From Styela clava (lineage: Eukaryota), in contig NC_135253.1 in NCBI RefSeq assembly GCF_964204865.1, positions 15,686,001 to 15,750,000 of the forward strand: a DNA stretch of 64,000 nucleotides, given 5' to 3'. Shown piece by piece: positions 34,129-47,067 of the stretch. Within the stretch, counting starts at the first letter, position 1. Each line of letters begins with the position of its first letter. Made by a program: the position numbers and the translations under genes. The notes under the pieces are model-generated. The model was not told the DNA's origin, searched no databases, and was given only the letters and a program-made list of their open reading frames with translations.

Positions 34129-37100
34129 TCATGTAATTAATATGAGATCTAAAGCAAAATTGCCTTTAGATGTGCTGATTCCGTCAACTCCATATTGCTT
34201 CGTCCTAGAAATGTTTCCAAAGCATTCATTCATTATGATATTTCTTCCTTTTCTGCAAAAGAAAAAAATCGAATACAAATTAGTGATCTTCTTAGCTACT
34301 CCATGCTCCATATACTGAAATAAGAAAACCTTTTTTATGACCATGACACAATCGAAAAATTTATTTGTTTTGAAGTATGCCGCATATTTCCATAGCTAGA
34401 GCTGTTTTACAGGATAACATAACATATCATGGGAACTTTAAAAGTTTTTTCAAATATGAAAAACGATATAGGATGTTACTCACGCCAGGAAGGCTCCGAA
34501 TGATGAAATTTCTGTGACAGTGTTTACAACAGTAAGATCTGGATTTTCATCCGAAAAAATCATAACGTTTCTTCCAATAACTGGTTTGATATGATCCACG
34601 AGAATATATTGGCCCCTCAAATAAAATACAATCCTCTTGTTATTCCACTAAGTGTTGCTGATACACATTATAATCTGTTAAATGTTATTGTCTAATTCTA
34701 ATACATTTATTTCATGTGCGATCGATGTGCTCCGGCGCTATGAGGGCTAAGAGTTTATAGTGCTGATAGTTTTTTGCAGCATGAGAGACATTCTGTTGAA
34801 ATAATCAAAAACCAAGTAATGTTTGAATCTAGTTATACTAAAAATACCTTTGTTGTGTGCCTTGTAGTTTCTCCAGCATTTCTTTAACGTCTTTGCGAAA
34901 GTATTTTACTGAAAACAAGATTAATTAACTGAATTCATGAATGCAATTTGCTTTGTAATAACCTATTATATCACGTACATTTTGTTAAAGTCGACAGACA
35001 CATGTTGACCCATTTGTTTTTTTGCAATACTTTACTTCAATAACCAGCCAAAGGTTTATACAATTTTTTTTTAATTCACTTGCATTATTTCAAACAAAAA
35101 TATTCCACCTCCGCCCTCTCTCTGATCTTTTAACACATATTCGTGGGGATTCGTGATTCCCAGTTTTGCATTCCTGTCGCCTACATTGCCCTGAAAATAA
35201 AAAGCAATTGTAGAAGATATCATGAGCGATGCAACGTTTCAATAACTACGTTGTTGCAATTGCCCTTTTTTGAATGAGCAACAGTTCGAACATAGAATTA
35301 ATTGAATATCAATGCATCTACATCAATGCATCACAAAGATAACTCCCAAGTCTGCGTTTTGTCATATATTTTGAACATTGACATATTTACCTGTTCTAAA
35401 GTTCGATATTCGACCAGTGCATTCCTGATAAGACCAGCATCCAAATTGTCAACGTATTTCTCTATATGTTTGGGTCTTGACATAACTTCCATAACCTTAT
35501 TTAGTTCCACGATCGAATGACAAATATTTGGACACAAAATGGCAGTACTATATTCCATCAGTTCACGGGCGATCCAATCCTAAGTTAAAATAAAACAGCT
35601 GATTCGAATTTTAAAATTTGTGAAATAGAAGCATGCAAATATTCTTCCAGCTCTATATTGCTTTATTAAACGTCTTAAATAGCGACAACATTTAAACGAA
35701 TCTTAAATATTTTAACATCATGTTCATCCGAAAATCTGAAGACGCTCGAAAAAATGAGAGTTTCATAAAACGATAAATAACATTTATGAGGACATTGCAA
35801 ATTGAAATGCTTTTTACGTAAGTACGGATCCTAACAGCATGCTCAAAACAAACGGGAGATCTGAAATATTTCTGAGGAAAAATCGTATACATTTATACCA
35901 TCGATGGTTATGGCTGGTCATTTTTGAATACCTGATGATTTCAGAATCGAATCAAATAACTTTTTCAAATCGAATCGAAAATACTTTTTTTCATGTTACA
36001 ATACAATTACATGTACATTGGCATGCACATTACATGTTCATTGAGGTATTTTTACTGTCATGAAGATATCTTTTCTCGTTAGCTACCAGTTTCAGTACTG
36101 GCATTTCTTTGGTATCGTCCTATTACTAAACCTAATATGTCAAAATCGAAATCAAAATCAAATCAAAATCAAATCAATCTAATCAAAATCGAATGCAATA
36201 CTTGGAACATTTATAATTGTATGTAACTTTCCTATTGTATTGGGTCCTCCAGACACATAAATTACTGGAAACGAAAAATACATCACTCAGACAGATTGCT
36301 GAGCGTTCACACACCATTAAAAACACGTTTTCATCAATACCTCACTGCAGAAAAGAGTCTCATGTCAGGGTTCCGTTGAAAAAATATGGCTTCAATAAAA
36401 AAAAATGAGAAATTTACCTCGACCATTGACGGCAAGGAAAAAAACAAGATGGCGGCGATTTGAAATTTCTCTCTGAACCGATTTGAATATTTTACTATTC
36501 GATTCGAATATTCGATTCGAAATGCCCAGCCCTATCGATGGTATAAATGTATAGTTATAAAATCAACATACTTGTTCAGTTTGATATTTTTGTTCTTCAA
36601 ATCCCATGAGAAGAAATACAACTCCATACTCTATTTCATTTCTAAAAACATCGCCTTTTTAAAAATATATAAAATCACTTTATTGATAACAATTTAGAAA
36701 CTATATGCAAATGGGCACATTTGCAATGTGCTACAAATTATACGCAAATCAGGTTTTTCTGATTGGGATATTAAGGAAATGTGACTAAGGTTAATAGTAT
36801 GAATTTTTTATGTGACATATACATGCAATACGAATAACAACCACAGAAACTAAATATCTCTATATTCCTTCTAATCCTTTATAAATCAATCAATCAATCA
36901 AATCGTTTTTTATCAGCCATCCCGGCAAAGCTGGACATAAATGAAAACAATTGAGATCACAAAAATAAGCAGGATATCCGCGAAATGACTATTCGGTCTA
37001 CTCGTCAGCGGCAACCTTAAAATAGCTTAAAACTTGAATACAAAATTTGCACAGCGCGAAAATTTTTTATGCGAGAACAGCATCGCCCAAGATGACGCTG

Positions 37101-39368
37101 AAAAGCAATAATAACCTTATTATTTATAGAATTAGGGAATTCCCCCTATATTATTTCGGAGCAGTGCTGTTCCGGCACTTTTAGGTTAACGTTTCTGGAA
37201 AAAAGTTAGACAATACATATTAGGTTTAGTAATAGGACGATACCAAAGAAATGCCAGTACTGAAACTGGTAGCTAACGAGAAAAGATATCTTCATGACAG
37301 TAAAAATACCTCAATGAACATGTAATGTGCATGCCAATGTACATGTAATTGTATTGTAACATGAAAAAAAGTACAGATCAACAATCATGTCTAGCAGACA
37401 CTGAACACTGAAATAAAACTACTATGATATTGGGGAATGCAATACACATTTATGAAGAATATAAGGATAGTAAATGGTTGAGTAACTGAGTTTTAAAATT
37501 TGGATTTGTTGAGTCTTTAAATAACCAATATTTATGTACAGAAACTTTCTGTACTTTTCTATCAGAACAACAACATGTGTGTTGAAAATTACTTACACTA
37601 ACAATTCTTTTTGAAAGCCAAGTGTAAGATTCTTGCTCACTTCCTGCAGTGTTAGAATGTCTACGAAAACATCTTGGTCAATTTCTAATATTTCTCCTTT
37701 CAATTTGTGACATTCCATGAGGCAAAAATATTCTTCGCTGACAACAATCAATATTCCGGTGTTTGATTTGTTGTATAATTTCCAAGTCTTGATAAACATT
37801 TCAGCCAAACCAATTGTCATATCTGCGCTATCAAAATCTTGCTCAAATGGAATTCTTGCTTTCAGAAAAGAGCGTTTGTAAACATGCTTGAGAAAACTTG
37901 CTACACCAAATCCCCATCCTGAAACACCCCATTCCAAAAGTTTAGGAAGTTGGATTCCTTCATCAGTTTCAGTCACCATGTAATCTGCTCTCGTTATTGA
38001 TAGCTCATACCGGTCCTGGAACATGACTCATTTACCATATGTATTTTAAATAACAGATTATTCATAAAGAGTCGTTCAATTACACGATAAATCGGTAGGA
38101 AGTGTTAAAAACAACACATGTGAATCTGTAGTTAATTTATTACATCGTGAAGACGTGAAGAGTGTTATAATTATATTCATTTTCAGGTCCAGCAGTTGGA
38201 AAAATACCATTGCAACGTATCAATTTCTACACATGCAGTCATGAATCAAGAACTTGCCATGATATATTTTCTGTCAAGTAGAACCCTACCCGCACCTGCA
38301 ACCGACCTTCGACACTTACATCTCGGACAAGAATAAACAGTTTACTTACCTCACGATTGACTGATTTCGACACTCTTTCGTATATGCCGAACATCTTTTT
38401 AAAGAGCCAGTCCGCTTTCGCAACACTAAAAGTAAATATATAACTCCATATTCATTCCGCATACCTAAAGATCACAGACAAGCATGAAACGGTATGAGAC
38501 TTACAAAACTGTCTAAAGACTGATATTTTTTCCTGTACTAAGTTCCTATTTATGTGATCTCAGACTAGATATGAGTTTGTTGAATAAGTTGTTATATATT
38601 TATGATCACTACATTCGCAAACTGAGTAGGATTTACCTGTCCAATCCTTTCTTCACAAAATCGAAATCAAAACTGACATTATGATGAAGTTTGTGAAATT
38701 CTGGGCAAACTTGGTTTACTCTGCGCATAACATCAACGGGCATTCTCGAGGGAAACAAACAAAATGGAGCCATCTTGTCATGCTGCAAAACCAACCATTA
38801 GTAAATTTTATTCGACATAGATCACCTATTTTTAACGCATGGTATCTGGATAAATTGCGAGTGCTTACTAAAAGAGAACAAAACTCTTAATGCGGCTTCA
38901 ATCGTACGCCCATGTGTATAACTGATAACATTTTACTATCAGGGCAACGAATTTTACTTGAATGTAATTATTCTGTGTGGACAAATTTCGGTTGACAAGG
39001 ATACAGTGAATGAAAATAGTTAGTCTTATCATTTTTTGGAATTTACTTTCTGAAAATTAAATATTTTGACGGAAGAGATGTTTTTTTTTTATTTTTCATA
39101 AAGGTGTATAGTGATCAAACCTGGCAGAGCGAGGGACAATACAACCAATTTTCGAGAATTTTAATTTTTATAGAAAAACCTAAAACTAGTTTAATCTTCC
39201 ACAATAATGATAGATACGTACTGGTTTTCTTGACTCGTCATACCACTGAAAGAAAAATTTTTGCTTCTTGGCCTCTTCGATCGCTGATGTTGAGCATTTT
39301 TTCAACCATTCTTTCGATTGAAATACATTTTCAAATTGATGTTCAATAACAAAATTATCAGAAGACAT
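34129..39368 (-). CDS. GSS: Divergent GSS-like ATP-grasp ligase, copy 2, apparently intact
   Basis: All 10 exons and splice sites are retained; only missense changes were seen (e.g. VNKTDE>VTETDE, WLIKK>WLFKK). Confidence 0.88.
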
Positions 39369-42231
39369 TTTCAATGTATTTAGTATATCTTTATGAACCG
39401 GGTAATATATTTTATTATATATGTATCTGAAATAAAATAAATATCCTTCTTTTCATGTGATATGCGAATCACTTCTAAACAAAAGACTATACAAAAATAC
39501 CATCTATGGCAAGTGTATAGTCAATTTTTGTGCCTGACCAACGAGGAAAGATCGTGTTTCTTTTAGAACACGAAAACCGTTAATGTGATGAATGAACTTA
39601 TCAATTTATCGATTTTCAGAGCAAACGTGATAAGCAAACACATTATCATCATATAGGTAAAAGCTGAAAATGCTGCCTCACACGTGTGGGTCGTTGCCAA
39701 AGGCAATAAAATCTTAATTGCCTTTTCTGACAGCAATGGATACTCATCCATAACGCTCAAACAAAAAGATAAAATGGCTTTTGGTTTGATTGAAATCAAA
39801 TATTAAAGATCGATCAGATTATTTTCATATTGATGAGGATCCCCCGTTCAGTCATCACGGACCACCAGGGGCACCGTAGTTTGGGAAACCTTGCTTTAGA
39901 AATTAATTATCAATATTTCTGTACAGAAAAAAAACTTCTCACTTACATCAAACCATATAGGGTGAGACATTACGTACACTAACAATTTATTCTTAACCTT
40001 CAAGTGCATGACATACTGTAGTGTTAAAATGTCCACAAAACGTCATGGTCAATTTCAAATCGTAACATTCTATAAGGCAAATTTATTAATCGCACACAAC
40101 CATCAATATCCCATCGTTTGAACTCTTGCTCCCTTTTCAAAGTTTGGTAAATATTTCTGCCAGACCAGGCGTCATATCTGTGCCAGCAAAACCGTGCTCA
40201 TGTTGAATTCTCGCTTCCAGTAAAAAGCTTTTGTAAATCTGCTTGAGAAAACTTGCTACACCAAATGTTTGTTATCGTGAAATTGGGGGGAGACGTCTGG
40301 TGCTATGCCGCGATATCACGAGAAAAGCGCAAATTTGAATTGAAACACTTACATCGATATTTGGCTCGGACCAGTTGTAGGGCCCATTTGATGTTACTTT
40401 TACTTTTGTAAACGACTCTATTGGGTATGAAAAGTTCATAAGCATCGTATTGCAAAGTCGTCGTCGTTGTTAGTCTTGATATTGAAACGACCTTTTGTTG
40501 AAGGGGATATTCGCGTTTCTCCACAACCAAGTTTAGAATTTTCAGTGCTTAAGAAAGAAGTGCCAAAAGGCTATTTTATTTTCAAATCAACTCTGGGTAT
40601 TACGGGACCCGATATTAAATCCCAAATTTTGCTGTTTTATTTCAATTCATTGTGATATTTTTTTCTTCTGTCAAAAGTTACCGCCGCCGTTGCGAATGTC
40701 CGCCGTTTGGCTGAGGGAATTCGCTGCTATGGTTAACATTTTTATTGGAAACGAAGTGGACCTATCGATCGTTATGTTGTTAGTTCAGCTTGATAGAAAT
40801 ATAAATATATTGTTGCAGAAGCTACCAATATCAAAAGCTCAAGTGCCCAACGTGTTGTCACAGAAAAACCACCACAACCAGTGGCCACGTCTGCTCGGAG
40901 TTTTGCCTGGATTTAAACAGAACAGGTTCTGATAACTATTGTAACATTAGCGTGACAGCAACCCGACCTGATGTTTAATTGTGAGTACCAGCATTTGTTG
41001 GTAATTGTCATTACAACAATTGATGCTGTTTGACAGAAATTACTCGTAGGAACCATCGTACTCATGCAAGCCTTAATCAGGTTAAAAAATTGGCCGCTAC
41101 TTCTATCATAGTAGTAATTACTACTGTTAATACTAGTAACATAAAAACATCCTGGTCAGGATTTCTGACATTCAATTCAATTCAATCAAAACATTCAATT
41201 GCAGGTACCATTCTTTGATAATACAACAAAGTCAGCGTGCAAATGATCCGGCGTCTATTTCGCCGTCGCCTGGACCTCTCCAGAGCATGCGGTCTAATTA
41301 GGCTTCCCGCTGCTTGTCAACAGGGAACCTATTGTATTCCTGTGTTTTATTATTAATATTTATTTATTATTATTATTATTTTTTTTTCAAATTGGTCCTA
41401 CAAACTTGAAATTCACCTCAAAAGTTCTCTTATGCAGACTCTGCTATAGCCAAAAACAGTTATTCAGTGCAATTGTGGGCATCTGAAAATACAACACACA
41501 AAAAACAGAGTACATTAAAATATAGAAAAAGAAACAAAATTCTCAGTTGTTCTCTGCACATATGTATTCCTCCTGTTGCAATGTGCATTGTCTCATTCAA
41601 AAAAATGTAACTTGTTAATTTTATACCCATTGAAAAGCGTTTTTTCACCCTCATTGTGCAAACGCCTTGAAGCGTACATTCATCTAAACTTTCATTATCG
41701 CTGCCAGATCTCTCGGACAAAGTTATAGCCATCTTCAAAACGAAATAAATATTTTTATTTTGAAGTTTGCATGTAAATGGATCCATGAAAAGAGAATTCG
41801 CAAAATGCTAAATATTACATCGCCTGTATATTTTCATGTGTATCTACAATGCTTAATCACCAAAAATTTTTGGCGAAACTATCAAAACTAATTAATACTG
41901 AACTAATCGTAAAATATAAAACGGTAACATGCATAATGTATTTTTGTATTTTTTGAGAAAGCAATTATTAACAAGGTATGTGCATGTGCAATAAACAAGG
42001 TACATATATATACAAAATTTCTAGACACGGTTCAGGTTCAGGTGATCTTTCCAGAGAAAAATCAAAATTTATGTATTTGTCGTTAGAGAACACAGATGAT
42101 AGTCATTGTATAGTAAGTCAAATATCCAATTCTGAAAACAGTTGGAAGAATTGAATACGATGGATGAGCCACGGATTGCGGTTATAACTAAATTTAGTTG
42201 GATTTGTTGTAAATTATTTTTTGTAACCTAT

Positions 42232-44101
42232 TTACCCAGATTTTAACAACAATGGTTTGCTTTCATCAATGATGCTTCTTCGTTGACTCGGAGTGTCTGT
42301 TTCATGAACCATCTCTGCAGAGAGTCGTCTATAGTCTGGTTTAACAAGGGCAACAAGGCAGCACTGCATAAAACATGCAATCAAAGGAACTATGATAGCC
42401 ATGGTTGCCCCATGCATGTCCATAATTTTTCTAATCACAGCACCAAAAATGAACGCTGCCACCTCGGAAGGAAAATAATATATTGACATAAGTATCGTAT
42501 TGTCGAACGGGTAGATGACTTCAGTGAGAAATTCCGTAAAAATGACGTTGGAGCATATGCGCAAGGCCGCAAGCGCGGGATAGAGAACGATTAACACTGG
42601 AAAATATTTACATAAATGCCCAAAATATATTCCTCCAGTTACCAGCAACATTCCGACAACGACTGAAAAATAATAATTTTTGAGCTAGTCACAAAATACT
42701 GAATTAACGTTTTCTACATGAATTACAGTATTTGCAATAAAATTCCAAGTCTACGGGTAAGTTTGCGAAAAATACACACCTGTACATATGTAGGCCTATA
42801 TATAATGTTTCAGAAAGTATGTATTTTTGTCTGGTTACAGGGTAATGCAAAGTTTGCATGTGCGGTATGCAAGAAAATAGCATATGATATGTATTAGAAG
42901 ATGTCTGGATCGTAGATAAATAAATTGTGCAATATTAACTGTGAATAGAGTAATTCAAGTGATAAAAGAATAACATATATACTAACACCTAGATGACTTA
43001 CTTGCCATAGCGAATTCTTTGAATTTTTTTAATCTGTCCAAATAGTTTCCAACAGCAAGACCAGCAATTATCGATGCAAGAGTACCAGCTATTCTAATCC
43101 ACCCAATTTCACGGTATGTTACTTCGGGAAATGTCATTGAGATCAACGAAGGAGCAAGCACTTTTGCTAATATCAAGGCTGACAATCCAAGTGAATTAGC
43201 ACTAGCAAGAAGTAGAAATTGACGATTTACCAACAAATTCAAAACTAATTTCAAGAAAGATGTGTCTACTTCATGGGAAGCCCTCTCGTTTTTATCCGCT
43301 TTTAACGAAGTAAGTATGCTAGCCTGCGCTGCTCCCGGCGGTGTTGGTGGTTGATTTTTCAACATAAAAACGAAAAACAATGCTGATATCGTAAGAATGA
43401 GAGCAGAAGTTCCTTTTGTGCTCATGAAAATAAGCCTAATATCATAGGAATTGTTCTCTATTTGAGTAGCGTTTCTGTAAGGAAGACACATAGGGTAGAC
43501 TAATGCTGCTGTCGCCTCTCCCAAACTCACAGCGGACCATGTTACGCCGATGGCGGTCGCCGTTTCCTGTGCAGGAAACCAGCTAGCAGCAAGCGTAACC
43601 GGTAATATAAAATTGATTCCGTTGGATAATCCAGTAAATAGTACTGCAGATAGAATCATCGGATACAGTTTTCTGCAAAAAAATAAGAAGCATATGCGGT
43701 TAAAGTGTGTCATACGTACACTGTACATTTAAATATTGTGAAAAACATCAACCGTGCGGCAGGTTATTTGGTACATGAAAAATAAAACTATACAAGAATT
43801 ACATAACTTGCCTGTTTTTAAATGCAAAAGTTCCTACGCCGATTCCGATACCAGCCGACAGCGCCATTATTGTTGCTTGAAATCGTAACCCAATTTTATT
43901 TTTGAAAATTGGTATCAACACCGTACATACTCCAGCCACCAAGAAGTTCAACAGCGTCAAAATATCTATTTGAAAATGGGTGACGTTGAAGTAATTCGCG
44001 ACGACGAAACTGTACGAATAAATTTCACAGAGAATGATCGCCATGCAAATTGATAAAACTGCTAGAAACATCCAACGAATTGGATAAACTTTGTATTCCA
44101 T
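42232..44101 (-). CDS. FLVCR/SLC49-like MFS transporter, copy 2 (in-frame 3-aa deletion)
   Basis: Same exon structure as copy 1; SFVNDVVANY>SFVVANY; frames open. Confidence 0.87.
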
Positions 44102-44657
44102 CTCTTCTATCTGAGAACAATAGAAAATATATTCTATTTTCAAAGGACATTCAAAGTCGAAAACTACCGTTGCATCAGCAATGCATTGGCGTTACATCAG
44201 ATCTTATAATATTACAATAATCACAAAAATTTGTGTGAGGGTGGGGAGTGGGTAAAACAAAACGTTCAAAAATGATTTCGCAAAACAACGCAGTATACGA
44301 AGTCGAGAAACATACAGTTCTTTGAGAATAGCATTTCTTTTCAGATGCAAAATTATCTTGTGGTTGAAATTTTTAATTTTAGTCGTTTAACATGGCTCGT
44401 TTTTGGCAACTTTCGTTTGATAATTTTAAAATCTCTAATAGTACCTTTAAATTAGGGTTGCCATACCGTCCGGAAAATTCCGGACATGTCCGGAATTTAG
44501 GGTTAAATTTTGCGTCCGGAAGAATTTTGAAAAATGCTCAAATGTCCGGAATTTTATTGCATCTGCAATCGTACTGTGCACACTGCTAATACTACGAGGT
44601 TGTGTGGAATTATGATGTAACAGAGCGTTCCCTATCAATGATGTTCACCACTTAGAA

Positions 44658-45076
44658 CAGGGATCGGCAACCTACGGCCGGAGCAATATAATCCGGCCCG
44701 CGACGCTTCACTCAATTATAGTAACAAATTATAGCTGTTTTGTCGATTATATTCTTTACGCAAAAGAATTTACATGTAGACTAAATTATATTATAACGTA
44801 ACAAGTATATAATTCACAATTACTCGTTTAATGAGGCTATAATTTAATTATAATTTAGACAAATGACAACAAAACGCAGAAAAGGTGATGCTAAGTGCAA
44901 ATGGTTTAATGGCGCAAAAAATATTCGAATAGTCAGTCTTCACGCGCTGCTCAAAATTTAACTTCTGATCTGTGTGATAAATTCATCGGTCATTCATTCG
45001 ATTTTTAACATTTCAAAAATATGTGCGGCCCGCCAATGACTTGCAACCGTGAGCAACAAAAGGTTGCCGACCCCTG
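44658..45076. mobile_element. Buster/Charlie-like MITE nested in the hAT element
   Basis: TIRs cagggatcggcaacct / aggttgccgacccctg; perfect TSD acttagaa. Confidence 0.92.
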
Positions 45077-45339
45077 ACTTAGAACTTTCTGATTATTATT
45101 TGCTGACTGTTTTACCCGTTTCGTTGAGCAGCTGCAAGTGTATTTGATAGCAGCTAGTTCCTTGTTGAATTAGCTGAATACAGAAGTTTTATACCACAAA
45201 GTTTTTTTTTCCATTTGAATAAGAAGCAAGTCAGGAATTCGGTATCGAAAGTGCTAGTCCCTGTAGCTTTTTGGTTCAGTTAGTCTGGTGGTAAATTACT
45301 TTGTTTTTTGAAGTATGCATTTTTAGTTGGGTTGTATTT

Positions 45340-46080
45340 ATTGTTAATAAAAAAAGATATTATTTCAAATGGCCAATTCTTAAACGAAAGTACACATTCA
45401 CTAAATAGATGCGAGAAAAACATCCATGTTTTAGAAAAGGCAGGAATGATTATGAAGCGGAATGCTTGGTTTGCGAATATGGAACCTATATATCTGTCGT
45501 GTACAACGGTAATGGTGATTTGAACACACATCTGCAATCAGAAAAACATCGCAAAGCAGTAAGAGGGGCTGTTGCTTCAACGAAAATGACAAACTATTTT
45601 GTTACAGCAGGAAGTAACTGCGAAGATGAAATCACTGCTGCAGAAGGCACTCTTGCATTTCACGCTGTTAATCATCATCATTTTTGTCCATGGACTGTAC
45701 ATCTGTTTTACTTAAAAATATTTTCCCTGATTCGAATGTATAGCGAAGAAGTTTAGTAGTGGCCGCACAAAGACAGAAAAAGTTGTTACTAGCGTACTTG
45801 CGCAATATTCTATTGATGCTGTTCTGAAAAGTTTTGAAGAAAACGATATCGCGTATTTTGGCGTTACAACAGATGGCAGCAATCACAATGAACTGAAATT
45901 ATTTCCTACAATTATTCAATATTTTGACTGGAGGAAAGGTGGTTTGCAATCAAAATTGATTGAGTTTACAAACAAGGCAAACGAGACTGCCGACACAATT
46001 TCCACATATGTAAAAGACACCTTAGAAAAAATGATGCTTTTGAAAAAATGTGTGACATTTACAGGAGACAACTGTAAATG
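45340..46080 (+). pseudogene. Frameshifted, truncated hAT transposase fragment
   Basis: BED-like ECLVCEYGTYISVVYNGNGDLNTHLQSEKH and AAEGTLAFH; then, after a frameshift, TDGSNHNELKLFPTIIQYFD..KLIEF..NETADTI..GDNC. Confidence 0.8.
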
Positions 46081-46258
46081 CCCTACTGAAGAGAATTAGA
46101 TCTCCAGAAAAATATGCATGGTGAGAAGAGTAATTTGTAGTGACTTGACTTAAAAGCGTGTCTGTAATTTGTTTTAAGCTGTAATCACTATCCTTAATTT
46201 TCGGCACAATCCAATTCTCAATATTATTTTCCACTCTGAACTTGAGATTCATTTAGAG

Positions 46259-47067
46259 CAGTGGTCGGCAAACTTTATGTACTTGCGGGCCAAATATACA
46301 CATTTCCATGAGCGCGCGGGCGCAATAATTCCGCTTTCGGACAATCATTACATTAAACTTCAAATTATGGCACATTCGCACCTTCTATTGCTGTGTTAAA
46401 AGCCTGCCACAATGAGATGTGTATGTGGCGTTTTTTCAATATATTATCTAACAATACATTGTTTTTATTTACCTATTATCAATGTGAAGGATGATGTTTT
46501 TATGGCAACTTGCCCGCGGTACGTCGTCCAAATGACGAGTATAAAATTTATTGTAAGTGTAATGCATTTTAGATTAAGCCGCTGACAGCAATATGAGCTT
46601 CCGAACGTGCAGATTACACGTTTTGCACTGTCGCACAAATGAGCTGTGGCTTAGTCTCGGGTATCGGGGTGGAATTTTCGATGAGACGTTTCGTAGCGAG
46701 TTTAACATTAAATACCTCAAATATTTGCGATGCTGACCGGACATATGGAGCTGGTTTTGGAATGCGCGAGAAAGAAAAATATTTTTGCGTGCAAGCACTT
46801 TGGAATGTTCGCTCCTCGTCGCGAACTCCCTCCGTTTCCAAGACAATTTTAATATCAAAATTAAGTCGAACGGCATAGAACTGACGCTACTCATTACAAA
46901 ACAAGCGTCGTACAGCAGCACTTGTTATCACATAAATCTGTGTGTGGACAATAATAAATTTAGGATCAATTTTTGTTATATGTATTAAATGTCGGGTCGT
47001 TCGAGGGCCGCAATAAATTAGCTCGCAGGCCGCATTCGGCCCGCGGGCCGCAGTTTGCCGAGCCCTG
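46259..47067. mobile_element. Buster/Charlie-like MITE nested in the hAT element
   Basis: TIRs cagtggtcggcaaact / agtttgccgagccctg; subterminal gcgggcc motifs; perfect TSD atttagag. Confidence 0.92.
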
